Part shown: piece by piece, positions 17,078-28,870 of the stretch
Position numbering within the stretch: position 1 is the stretch's first letter
Layout of the letters: each line of letters starts with the position of its first letter
From: Octopus vulgaris
Taxonomy: Eukaryota
Direction of reading: 5' to 3'
Length of the DNA stretch: 64,000 nucleotides
Assembly (NCBI GenBank): GCA_951406725.2
Contig: OX597835.1
Span: 14,260,001 to 14,324,000, forward strand
Notes under the pieces: model-generated
Told to the model about the DNA's origin: nothing
The model's input: only the letters and a program-made list of their open reading frames with translations
The model's database searches: none
Program-made: the position numbers and the translations under genes

Positions 17078-17241
17078 GCTGTGGCGACCAGAGCGAGCTC
17101 TGGTCGCCATAGCGCTCACTGTGGTCTCGTAGCCGTGGACAGTGAGCCCAATGGCGCCCAGGGCGAGCTCTGGTCGCTATAGCGCTCACTGTGGTCTCGT
17201 AGCCGTGGACAGTGAGCCCAATGGCACCCAGAGCCCAGCTC
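17078..17241. repeat. GC-rich 70-bp tandem repeat (about 2.2 units) with strong hairpins
   Basis: 17091-17160 is nearly identical to 17161-17230; inverted repeats GCTGTGGCGACCAGAGC/GCTCTGGTCGCCATAGC and GCTCACTGT/ACAGTGAGC. Confidence 0.9.
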
Positions 17242-18323
17242 AACACACTCCTTATACCCTAAGTAAGTCATGTGTAAAATTTGAATGAAATTGGTTGTGT
17301 AGTTCTCAAGTTTTAGGGAAACACACAGACAGACAGACACACATTCTCAGATACATAAAAGAATGAGAGTGGGTGATGTTTTGTTTGTTGGACCAATGTA
17401 TTAAGGTAGAATTTTTTATTGTTTTAAAACGAAAGAGGCAATGTGTTCGTTTCAAAAATAAAAAAGACAAACGTCCGCCAATGGGAAGACAGTTCATATT
17501 CGATTAGAGCACTCTGGGTATAATCATAAAAGTGAAAAATGGAATTTTTAGGCAAATCAAACAGTGAAAAACCAAAAAGAAAAACATTAAAAAAAAATAT
17601 AATATAGAAAATATAAAATTGAAAAATTTAAATTAAATTGAAAATAAAAATTATTAAATTATATTTATAATTTGTTTAAAAATATATATAACTATGAAAA
17701 AGTATGAGAAAGTTTAATATACATAACTACAGATATATACACTTTGTATATATACATTATATATACATATTTATATATAGAACACACACACACACACATA
17801 CATTATATATACATATTTATATATAGAACACACACACACACATACATTATATATACATATTCATATATAGAACACACACACACACATACATTATATATAC
17901 ATATTTATATATAGAACACACACACACATACATATAAATGAACGCAAGAATATCTGATTCATAATATTTGTTCTCATGCTCGTGTGTTGTTGGTGACAGA
18001 CAGATACGTAAAAGAACGCCGATGTAATGGGAAGGTAAGAAACAGAGTGAGTGAAAAAGAGAGGAAATAGCGAGAGTGACAGATACTTTAAATAACGGTA
18101 GTGGATCTATCAAAGTTATATATAAAGGGGAGTGAGAGGGTACTGGAGGAAATAGCGTGAGTGAGGAAGATGGCCCCTAGCAACCACACCTTTTAAGATA
18201 GGGATTTCTAAGGTAGCCCACGAGCTTCGTCACCTATTTCTACATGTCCCTGTAAATTTTGGAGCGAATCGGACGGGACGTAGTGGCATTGAAAGCGATC
18301 CAAGCGGTATATATATATATATC

Positions 18324-18868
18324 TCTTATTATAAAAGGCAGATTTTATCTGCCTCCCTTTGTAACTTATAGAAATCTACAATATAGGATTTCTTCAATTA
18401 CAATTTACCTAGCATTTTTAAGAGTAGAATGCATCGGGTCATGCCAGGTCCAGTTTTTAAAATTTAAACTCCAATTAAGCAAAATTTACAGAAAACTCAC
18501 ATTCTGGTGTGTATGTCAAATGCTTTTCTTAATGTGGTTTACACCACACGCACACGCACACACACAGTGTGCAACGAATAAAATGAAAGTAAATAGCGAC
18601 AGAGTGATTTGAGGAAGACTAAACTGAAAGTATTTAAACCACTACTCAAAAAATAAAAAAACACAGCAAACAGAAACAAATAAATACATAACGATTTACT
18701 CCTCACACAATTTCTTCAATTAGAGTTTACCTAAGATTTTTCAAAGTACTCCATTCGGTCATGCCATAATATATTTCTTTCAATTTCACCCCCAATTAAG
18801 ACAAAATTCGAGAAAACTCAATATTTTAACATTTCACTCCGAAAGCATTGATGTACATGTGTGCGTGC

Positions 18869-18905
<37 letters not shown>

Positions 18906-19979
18906 ATGGGTTGTGCGACACAGAAAGTGTGGTGTGAAGTGCTTTTGTTAGTGTGTGTAAAGAGACAGACAGAGTGAAAGACAGAAATAACTGAACTTTT
19001 TTTATTCACTTTTTGTAGTGAGTGACTGAGAGAGAAAAGAGAGAGAGAGGTTATGTATGTATATATGTATGTATGGCTTCAGTGACACACACACACAAAA
19101 ACACATACCTACGTACACCTAAAGCACGCACACACACAAGCGGAGCGCGAACTTCAAAATTTTGGTAGTATTAATTTGCGAGCGTACTTCTAAGCGCGCG
19201 TAATTGAAAGTTTTCACTATGATATCATCACGTGCGAAAAAATTCGAAGGGTTTTGAACAATTGAGATACACATGTCACGCCTGTATTGAAACCATTGCT
19301 AAGCTGCCGTAATTGCTTAATTAAGACTTTGTTTAAATTGAAAGGGGCAAATATGTGACGATGTTGAAAAAAAATACCCCAGAAAAAAAAATTTACTGCT
19401 GGTATTTATATAATTCACTACTATTTTGCTACAATGTCATGAAAAAGAAAAAATTTAGGTATGTAAATCGAATTCGCCACCCCCTTTTCCCCGTTCTCGT
19501 TTGTGTAAAAAAATTATTATTTAAGTTTTAAAAATTATTTACTTTGTTCAAAAAATATTAATATTAATTAATTTTCAAGAATTATTTAATTTTATTCTGT
19601 AAAATAGTAATTAATTCATTTATCTGTAAATCCGCGAGGTTGTTACTCAGGCACCTAGAATGGTAACCTTCAACTAACACTATCTCCTCCGAGAACCTGC
19701 GGCGCAAGTTGACCAAAATTGAGAGTATGGTAGAAGAAGGGTTGCTCTTCCTTCCGTAGAACATAAAATTCAAATCGGACCATGTTAACACCAAAATTTA
19801 TTTACATCAAAAAGATGATTTTTTCTATGAAAATCCCGATTTTTTACGATTTTTTCACAGCTGTGTCGCCACTTTTCGGTGTATTTCGACCAGAAAAATG
19901 TTCACAAAATTTTTACTTTTCAAAATTACAATTCCAGCGGGTCGAAACAAACCCGAGCAACGCTGGGCGATACTGCTAG
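18324..19979 (+). mobile_element. Non-autonomous Helitron (long family)
   Basis: 5' TC, subterminal hairpin CCCGAGCAACGCTGGG, 3' CTAG followed by T; the 5' part recurs at 20000 and 26504. Confidence 0.85.
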
Positions 19980-19999
19980 TATATATATATATATATATA

Positions 20000-20460
20000 T
20001 CTTATTATAAAAGACAGATTTTATCTGCCTCCCTTTGTCTCTTATAGAAATCTACAATATAGGATTTCTTCAATTACAATTTACCTAGCATCTTTAAGAG
20101 TAGAATGCATCGGGTTTTGCCAGGTCCGGTTTTTAAAATTTCAACCCCAATTAAGCAAAATTTAGAGAAAACTCACATTGTGGTGTATATGTCAAATGCT
20201 TTTCTTAGTTTGGGCTACAGCACACGCAAACGCACACACACAGTGTGCAACGAATAAACTGAAACTAATTCACTGTGTGTGTGTTGACAGGTAGACAATA
20301 GAATGCGATGGCGATGGCGATGTAATATTTGTTTCTGTCTATGACGCTGATAGATACATGAGTAAAATGTATGGGAAGCTAAGAGATAAGAGTGAGTGAA
20401 AATGTTCTTGGAAGAGAGTAAATAGCAAGAGAGTGATTTGAGGAAGACTTTACATTAAAT
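20000..20460 (+). mobile_element. Helitron 5' portion, tandem to the previous copy and truncated upstream of the PLE
   Basis: TCTTATTATAAAAG.CAGATTTTATCTGCC start matching 18324. Confidence 0.75.
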
Positions 20461-21056
20461 AACCGTAGTGGCTTGTATACCAATACCACTATCAACACTT
20501 ACCTCTACCTTGGATTTTCTTTACCTCTTGGATACTGACCATTGGCTGCACCTCTCTTTCGCGGATCAAAGTGACTTTGCATTGATGTGAAATCCTTAAA
20601 AAATATACCACGACGTCTACACATTTCTCACCTTGAACTTTCAACCTTGAACTTGTTCGCATAAACTGTCCCGTTTGTTGTATTTTTATTTTGTCTTATA
20701 TTACCACTTTTTTTACATTCATTTCATGCTTTCCACATTTTCCTGCATTTTTGTTCTCCTTTCCGTCTTTCTTCCCTCTCTGGATGTCCATACTCCGTTT
20801 CCTCTGCCTGCACCCCCCTTTTTTGCCTCCCCTCTCTCTGCTTCCCTTCTTTCTTTCCCTTTTCCGTTTGCCCCGTCTTTTCTGCCCCTATCGCTTACTT
20901 ATCTAGTTTTTTCATACGATTATTATTTTTTTGTTTTTTTTGAACGTTTGTTTTTTCCCCTTTTTTCGCTATCCTTTTTTTCTATTTTTTTCATACGATA
21001 ATTTTTGTTTTTTGTTTTTTTTGTTTTTTCGAACGTTTTTTTTCCGCTATCCCATC

Positions 21057-23940
21057 ATGCCAGATCCTAAGTCCTACCTCCTCACCCTCCATCACCGTTT
21101 GAAGGATCATCTCCGTTCTCTTCCTGTATATTGCCTTCAGCCGTCCGTTAATCTCTCTCTACTTCTTTTAAAAAACCCGCTTCTCTAGCCATGTCTCTTT
21201 CCTAAGCCGCTGCCTACATCACCGACTCATCCCTAAAGGTTTCCGCCTCCACTTCCACCCTGCTCTCCACTCGGATTCTTCCATCTTACCCATACTCCGC
21301 ACCACATCTTACCGCCTTATGCGGGCCACCATTCGCTCCAATCTCTCCAAACTACATGCCATCAACCGCCTTCTTCCTCCTGCTTTCTCCACCTTCTTCT
21401 CCTCTCTGCCGCCTCTCTATGCTCCAAACACGCTACGCTTCATTATCCATTTGAATCAACTCTTCCATCAATTTCTTTCTGATACCAAACTTCGTAAACT
21501 CCAATCACTCTTCCATTCCACCCTACCCGACGCCACTACCCCAACTCCTCCACCACCCTTCTCCCCTCCCGATAGGCTCCATCCACCCACACCTAACCCC
21601 ACTGCCCCTCCCTACAACCCCTTCTCCCCTCCCGATAGGCTCCATCCACCTACACCTAACCCTACTGCCCCCCACCACCCCCACACACCTCCCCAATCCA
21701 TCCCCCTCAGACCTCCATAAGAGACCTACCGCCCCTCCTACTTCTATTCCACCCACCCCTTCTCCACTTCCGTCTGTTGTTACCATTCCCCCCGATCTTC
21801 CCCTCTCTGCGGCTGAACGCTCCGTCCTTGGTAGGGGTCTGCGTTTCATCCCCCTCACTCAATCCTGTAAGGAATTCCAGACGCGAGTTGATGTCCACAG
21901 CTTTGTGCGCCGTGTCCGGTTGGGTGCGCATTACCACGACTCGCCACCCACACCCAACGAAGAGGACTGCTTCACTGGCCTGGGCCGCCGACCATCCCCG
22001 TGGACGCCTGCCCCTGGCCAGATCCTAGCAGTGGATCTTTTCGCGGGCGCTTGTCAGCGTGCATTGGAGCGGTTCAACTTCTCCAGGCGCCAACGCCGCC
22101 TCAACATCTCCCCGGCTGAGCTCTTGGCTCTTCGTTCCCTCCAACGGCACAGTGACATTATCATCAAACTGGCTGACAAGGGTGGAGCTGTAGTGATGTG
22201 GCGCGCGGACCTCTATAGGGCCGAGGCTTTCCGCCAACTCAATGACACCTCCTTCTATTCCCCTCTGCCCTCTAACCCCACACGTAGCTACCAACAGACG
22301 GTATCCTCTACTGTCCACGACCTCATCTCGTCCTCCCGTCTCTCCCGCACCGCATCCAAACTAATTGTGCGAACCCCACGTACCCCCACCATTTACTTCC
22401 TCCCCAAAATCCACAAACCCAACAACCCTGGCCGCCCCATCGTCTCCGCCTGTAACTGCCCCACGGAGCTCATCTCTAAATACCTCGACCGTGTCCTTGC
22501 CCCCTAGTGGCATCTCTTCCCTCCCACATCCACGATACCAACCATGCTCTCCGGCTTTTCAACTCTTTCTCCTTTCCTCCCGGCTCCTCCAAAATCCTTT
22601 TTACTATGGACATCCAAAGCCTCTATACTGTTATCCCTCACCACGAAGGACTGCTGGCCCTTCGACACTTTCTTGACCTCTGCTCTAACCCTGTACCTGA
22701 CACCTCCACACTCATTCGTCTGGCCGAACTTGTCCTTACTCTGAACTGCTTCTCGTTCGCGGGCGAGTTCTACCATCAGGTCTCGGGAGTGGCCATGGGA
22801 ACGCGAATGGGCCCCAACTATGCGAACCTGTTCGTTGGCTTTGTTGAGGCCCAAATATTCTCTAATTTCACTGGTCCCACTCCTGAACTATATGGTCGTT
22901 ACATTGACGACATTATCGGTGCCTCCTCACTCTCCCGCGAACATCTAGATTCCTTCCTCTCTTTCGTCCAATCTTTCCATCCAGCCCTCCACTTCACTTC
23001 CACTATCTCCAACACCTCTGTCTCCTTCCTCGACATTTCGGTTAGCATTCTTCACTCCACTCTTACCACCTCCATTCACTACAAACACACAAACTCACAC
23101 TCATACCTCAACTTCTCTTCCTCCCACCCAGAACACACCAAGCTTTCCTTCCCCTATTCCCAATTCCTCCGTCTACGTAGGCTCTGTAGTGACGACCATG
23201 ACTTTGAGACTCAGTCTCAACGTATGGCTCACCACTTCACCCTACGTGGATACCCCCTCACCACTATCCACACCGCCCTTGCCAGAGCACGGTCCGTGGA
23301 CCGTGTATCTGCTCTCTCTCCCCGAACCCGCCCTGTAGTCTCCCGCCTCCCTTTTCCCCTCACTTACCACCCCACGACCCTACGTCTCCAACGCACCATT
23401 CTTCGAGCTTTCCGTCATCTCCAGTCCGACCCGTCCACTTCACACCTCTTCCCTAACCGACCCCTCCCCTCTTTCAAACGAGCCCACAACCTTCGAGACC
23501 TTTTGGTCCATAGCTCCTTCCCTGACCCTACCTCCCAACCCGGCTCGTTCCCCTGCTCCCGCCCACGTTGCCGCACTTGCCCTTACCTCTCCAACACCAC
23601 CCGCCTCACTAGCACCCACCATCGACCCTATCCCATCATCCACTCCTTCACCTGCACCTCCAGCAATATTATCTATTGCATCTCTTGCTCTCTCTGCAAT
23701 TCCTTGTACATCGGTCAAACGGGACGCCGCTTGACTGACCGGTTCGCGGAACACCTTCGTGACATCCACCTTGCGAACGACACACCGGTCTCACGCCATT
23801 TCCGCTCCACCGGTCACTCCTTGCAACACCTATCTGTGTTCGGTTTGTCCTTACACAGAGGCCATCCGGATTCCCGTTTGCGCCGTGAACAGGAATTAAT
23901 CTTCTCTCTTCGCTCTTATACGCCATTTGGTCTCAACTCT
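21057..23940 (+). pseudogene. PLE polyprotein (N-terminal domain, RT, Cys-rich linker, GIY-YIG endonuclease) with about 3 frameshifts
   Basis: Motifs IPKGF, LGRGLRFIP, ADKGGAVV, LPKIHK, GRPIVS, MDIQSLYT, GVAMGTRMGP, RYIDD, CSRPRCRTC, NIIYCISC...YIGQT, RFAEH, PFGLN. Confidence 0.95.
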
Positions 23941-24823
23941 CCCCCCTCCTCATCTAACCCCCCTCTCCCCCTCCTCACCTATCCTTCCTCCCCGACCCCT
24001 ACTTCTTCAGTCCTTCATCCTTTCACCCCTACTCCCCTTCCCTTCTTCCCTCTTTCTCCCTCCCTCCTTCCCTCTTCCCCTTCCCTCTGCTCCCTCACTC
24101 CCTCACTCCCCTTCTATCTCCCCCTCTCCCTCTTTCCTCCTTCCTCCCCTTCCTTCTCCCCCTCCTCTCTCTCCCCCCTCCTCTCCTCTTCCCCCTCTCC
24201 TCCCCCTCTTCTTCCCCCTATCCTCCCCCTCTTCTTCCCCTCCCTTTCTCCCCCCTCTTCTCCTCACTACACCACACGACTTTACACATCACATCATATA
24301 TGATGTGCCATACTAATACATACACCAACTAATACATACTAATACGTACTAATACATACTAATACATACTAATACATACACCAACCCTATACATACACAC
24401 GTCCAGACCCCTCATACGCACTTATACTCTCTCATACACACACACACACTTATACATACTAATACGTACTAATACATACTAATACATACTAATACATACA
24501 CCAACCCCATACATACGCACGTCCAGACCAATCCTACGCACTAATACTCTCTCATACACACACACACACACACACCCTTATACATACTAATACATACTAA
24601 TACATACACCAACCCTATACATACACACGTCCAGACCCCTCCTACGCACTAATAGCTGGTCCTTCAACCCTATTATCAACCCTATTATCTCCCCTTATTT
24701 CGCTCTCGCGTCTCATGTTTGATCTTTGACCTCTGGCCGAAATCAGATCGCCATGTTGATTCGTTAGTTACTGCACGCATTTTTCTTCTCTCCTTCTTTC
24801 TGTGTTTTTTTTCTCTCTGTGTA

Positions 24824-24861
24824 TCTTTCTGTTGAAGAGCGTAGGCTCGAAACGTTAAAGA
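24824..24861 (+). ncRNA. Minimal type I hammerhead-like motif in the PLE 3' region, with A6U core variant
   Basis: TCTTT-CTGTTGA-A-GAGC gtag GCTC-GAAA-CG-TT-AAAGA: helices I and II pair, helix III is the palindrome ACGT. Confidence 0.7.
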
Positions 24862-24970
24862 CTTGTTTTATTTATATTTCCTGAGCGCCATACTAATACA
24901 ATTGTTCGTTTGTTTTCCACCTGCCTTCGTCTTTTGTCTATTTTCATAAAGCTTCCCGTTATATATATAT

Positions 24971-25260
24971 ATACATACATAAGACAGTAAGGTGTGATTT
25001 GAGGGAGATTTGGCTGCTATTTCTGCCATGTAGGGGTCTCCCTCATAGGCTCATACATACATATATACATAGATAAGACAGTAAGGTGTGATTTGGGGGA
25101 AATTTGGCTGCTATTTCTACCAGGTCTGGCTGCTATTTCTACCAGGTCTAGCTACCATGTAGAGGTCCCCCCCCCATTGGCTCATATATATATATATATA
25201 CATACATAAGACAGTAAGGTGTGATTTGAGGGAGATTTGGCTGCTGTTTCTACCAGGTCT
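24971..25260. repeat. Three tandem copies of a 100-130 bp unit
   Basis: ATAAGACAGTAAGGTGTGATTTG.GGGA.ATTTGGCTGCT occurs three times. Confidence 0.85.
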
Positions 25261-25324
25261 GTTAGGCCTTCTCATGTAAACTCAAGCTTTCTCATGCCTT
25301 GAACATAAGACCAAAGCAGAGAAT

Positions 25325-25560
25325 GTATTCTTTTATTCTTCTGCTTTTTCCAGCCATTGGTCTGTGGCCATGCTGGGGCAATGCCTTGAAGAATTGTAGT
25401 TTAATGAATCAACTCCAGTTTTATTTTTGTAAGCATTGTACTTATTCTATCTGTTTCCTTTGTCAAACCACTAGGTGACAGGGATGTAAACAAACCAACA
25501 TTCGTTGTCAAGCAGTGGTGGAGGACAATCACAAGCACAGACACGCACACACACACACAT
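25325..25560 (-). mobile_element. Diverged 3' half of SINE family A
   Basis: TGTGGCCATGCTGGGGCA...TACTTATTCTATC...GTTGTCAAGC similarity to the other copies. Confidence 0.7.
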
Positions 25561-25595
25561 ACATGCATACACATATACACACATACATACATACA

Positions 25596-25670
<75 letters not shown>

Positions 25671-25677
25671 ATATATC

Positions 25678-26000
25678 TTGCAGCGTGGAAGGTGTTTGTA
25701 AGCCATTTAAGAAACACACAAAAACCGTTAGATTCACTTCAACATTTAAATTTAATTTGCCAAAATATTTTCCTCGCTTTGAGACCGCGACCTGTTCACT
25801 GACAAAAATATCGTGCTAACAGGTCGCGGTCTCAAAGCGACGAAAATATTTTGACAAATTAAATTTAAATGTTGAAGTGAATCTAACGGTTTTTGTGTGT
25901 TTCTTAAATGGCTTATAAACACCTTCAACGCTGCAACTGTTTTCGTTCCAGCACACGATCTCAGATCAAGTCACTTGCTATGCAAGTACATCTCTGTAAC
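25678..26000. mobile_element. Fold-back element with 119-bp inverted arms (25678-25796 / 25818-25936), probably inverted PLE terminal repeats
   Basis: The arms are near-perfect reverse complements; a second family member lies at 47449-47720; contains a hammerhead-like motif. Confidence 0.8.
25756..25806 (-). ncRNA. Hammerhead-like motif with G3/C8 swapped core
   Basis: Minus strand reads TTTGTCA-GTGAACA-G-GTCGC ggtctcaaa GCGAG-GAAA-ATAT-TT-TGGCAAA; the sister arm has the fully paired GCGAC and TGACAAA. Confidence 0.65.
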
Positions 26001-26008
26001 TATATATA

Positions 26009-26045
<37 letters not shown>

Positions 26046-26108
26046 TGGTAAAAACAGTAAGATAACAAAAGAAAGAAAGAGACCTCAATATTATGTAAAT
26101 AAAGGAAA

Positions 26109-26503
26109 TCTTTATATATAAAAGTGAGGTTGTGTGTCTGTCTCCTACGATTTAGATTCCTAACTACTCCCACATTTTGCGGTGCAGTTTAACCAAAACC
26201 GGGTATCTTATAGTCGTGATTCATATCGAGCCCGTCTCGGTATTAGCGCGCGTCTACGATGAGTCTACGATTTAAAAAAAAATTTACCATCAATTTTTCC
26301 CATTTTTAATCCATTTTTGACATATATAAGGGAAGTAACTCTCTAAAATTTATTATTAAATCTCAGAACGTAAAAAGCTACAGTAACACCCCTCCCCCTT
26401 TGTGGTTAGCCATATTGAGATGGCTATTATACTTTACATCTCTAAAAATGCTTATATAATTATTTCCCTTACAAACCCGAGCAACGCCGGGCGATACTGC
26501 TAG
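26109..26503 (+). mobile_element. Complete short non-autonomous Helitron (about 395 bp)
   Basis: A|TC start, hairpin CCCGAGCAACGCCGGG, CTAG|T end; near-identical copy at 39510-39906. Confidence 0.9.
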
Positions 26504-27060
26504 TCTTATTATAAAAGGCAGATTTTATCTGCCTCCCTTTGTCTCTTATAGAAATCTACAATATAGGATTTCTTCAATTACAATTTACCTAGCATTTTAA
26601 AGAGTAGAATGCATCGGGTCATACCAGGTCCAGTTTTTAAAATTTCAACCCCAATTAAGCAAAATTTAGAGAAAACTCACATTGTGGTGTGTAAGTCAAG
26701 TGCTTTTCTTATTGTGGGCTAGAGCACACGCACACACACACACACAAAAACGGAGCGATCTGATTCACTCACGCTATCACTCTAATTTCTACTCCTTTCT
26801 CTTTGCAAGTGTGCAACGATTAAAGTGAAACTATTTCTATAAAACGAGAGAAGTGTACCTTAAACCACTACTAAAAAAAAACACAGCAAACAGAAACAAA
26901 TAAATACATAACGATTTACTCCTCACAGAATTTCTTCAATTAGAGTTTACCCATGATTTTTCAAAGTACTTCCATTGGGTCATGCCATACAAAATTTCTT
27001 TCAATTTTACCCCCAATTAAGACAAAATTCGAGAAAACTCAATATTTTAACATTTCACTC
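26504..27060 (+). mobile_element. Helitron 5' portion (18324 family) joined head-to-tail to the preceding Helitron
   Basis: CTAG|TCTTATTATAAAAGGCAG junction; matches 18324-18840. Confidence 0.8.
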
Positions 27061-27129
27061 TGCATATTACTCCCACTTCCTCTTTACACACATAGACACG
27101 CAAATATATAAATAAAATTGTAAGCTAAC

Positions 27130-27160
<31 letters not shown>

Positions 27161-27457
27161 TGTGTGTGAGTGTGTGTGTGTGTGCGTCTGTGTGTGTGTG
27201 AGGGTGCGTGTGTGTCTGTGTGTGTGTGTGCGTGTGTGAGTGTGTGACAGGGATGAGCAAGTCAAACTGGTCATCCTTTTTGCTAGATCACCTAACATCT
27301 AAAGTTATCTCTAAGTAGCAGTCGCCCAAAAGTGTATATAGATATTTAAATGTATTTATATATTCATCTATACACACATGTATGTATAATGTGTGTGTAT
27401 ATATTTCCATAGAGGTAACCATTCACTCCGCACAAAGTTTTTTAGGACGGACGAAAA

Positions 27458-28344
27458 TCTTTATATATAAAAGAAAGGTTGTGTGTCTGTCTACTCCGAT
27501 TTAGATTCCTAACTACTCCCACATTTTGCGATGCAGTTTAACCAAAACCGGGTATCTTATAGTCGTGATTCATATCGAGCCCTTCTGGGTATTAGCGCGC
27601 GTCTATGATGAGTTTACGATTTTAAAAATAATTTACCATCATTTTTTTCCATTTTAATGCATATTTTTTTAAATAAAGGGAAGTAACACTCAAACTTCAC
27701 ACCAATATGCGTGCTCATATGCGACGTAATATCACATCAGCAGCATTTCCTCACACCCTCCTTGCACTTGGCGAAGGCAAAGTGTACTTGGCGAAGGCAA
27801 AGTGTACTTGGCGAAGGCAAAATACCAGGGTATGAAAATGGTAATATTGCCATCGATTCCATTTGTACCATTGTTAAGACGCCTCCTGATCTCAGAGATG
27901 CAGTGTTCCCAGATCTATAAGCTAATTATCAGAATATGGATTGGATTGGTAAAAAGGCTATACTGGCCCCGAGGAATAAAACTGTTCACCATATTAATGA
28001 TGAAATGGCTAAAACTCATTCCTGGGGAAGTCTATGTATATCAGTCTATCGATACAACTCCTGACCCAGAGGACGTCATCAACTATCCAACAGAGGTACT
28101 CAATTCCTTTGAGCACCCCGGACTACCACCACACTTTCTCAAACTTAAAGTTGGTGCCCCTATAATGCTCATCAGAAATTTGGTTCCCCCAAAACAATGC
28201 AATGGCACACGTTTGATCGTTAAGTCCTTATCTCCCACCGTAAACTTATATCAATATTTGCCTGGATAATCATCATAATTCAGTGCAATCATTAACAGTA
28301 CTTTCAAGCAATTCAGCCCCGAGCAACGCCGGGCAATTCTGCTA

Positions 28345-28345
<1 letters not shown>
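27458..28345 (+). mobile_element. Internally deleted Helitron retaining a helicase fragment
   Basis: A|TC...CCCGAGCAACGCCGGG...CTAG|T termini shared with the short family. Confidence 0.9.
27704..28240 (+). pseudogene. Pif1-like helicase fragment of Helitron RepHel
   Basis: NMRAH...LLALGEGK, AVFPDL, AILAPRNKTV..IN, YPTEVLNS...GLPPHFLKLKVGAPIMLIRNL...CNGTRLIV across frameshifts. Confidence 0.92.
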
Positions 28346-28402
<57 letters not shown>

Positions 28403-28781
28403 CTGAAGTTGTCTGGATATATGTATGTATGTATGTGTGTGTGTGTATACGTATGTATGTGTAGAGACCTCTTTTGGCTCCACCTGAGTTTTGAAACTGA
28501 ATGGGTAAATTTCCCCCTAACTATAGAGCCTTATTGTTCTGTTGAGGAACAATGTTGTTTTATTCAACCGATGGCCTTCCCAACATTTGATTGATGTATT
28601 TTCCTCTTGACCCATAACCCTTCTAGTTTGTAAAGGGTTTAAATAAATAATATAAGGGATCTTTACCCTTTCAACGGCAGATCGAGAAATATATTTTTTG
28701 TAACTAAACACTTTCAACCTTCGGACACTAACCCTAACCCTAATGTGTCCTATAAAACATATTTTACTTTTAATGTTACTC

Positions 28782-28870
28782 TTGACCGCGGCCATGCTGG
28801 AGCATCGCCTTTAATCGAGCAACTCGACCCCGGGACTTATTCTTTTTGTAAGCCCAGTACTTATTCTATC
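28782..28870 (-). mobile_element. SINE family A 3' fragment
   Basis: GCGGCCATGCTGGAGCA...GACCCCGGGACTTATTC...CCCAGTACTTATTCTATC. Confidence 0.8.

Larger units (their letters stand above)
16467..17935. repeat. Direct duplication of an AT-rich segment of about 310 bp (about 16467-16780 and about 17550-17935) flanking Helitron-like pieces
   Basis: AGGCAAATCAAACAGTGAAAAACC...CACTTTGTATATATACATT present twice. Confidence 0.8.
20660..24960 (+). mobile_element. Penelope-like retroelement (GIY-YIG type, Neptune-like), near full length
   Basis: Disrupted single ORF, pyrimidine-rich and tandem-repeat 3' region, and a hammerhead-like motif near the 3' end; the 5' boundary is uncertain. Confidence 0.9.
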
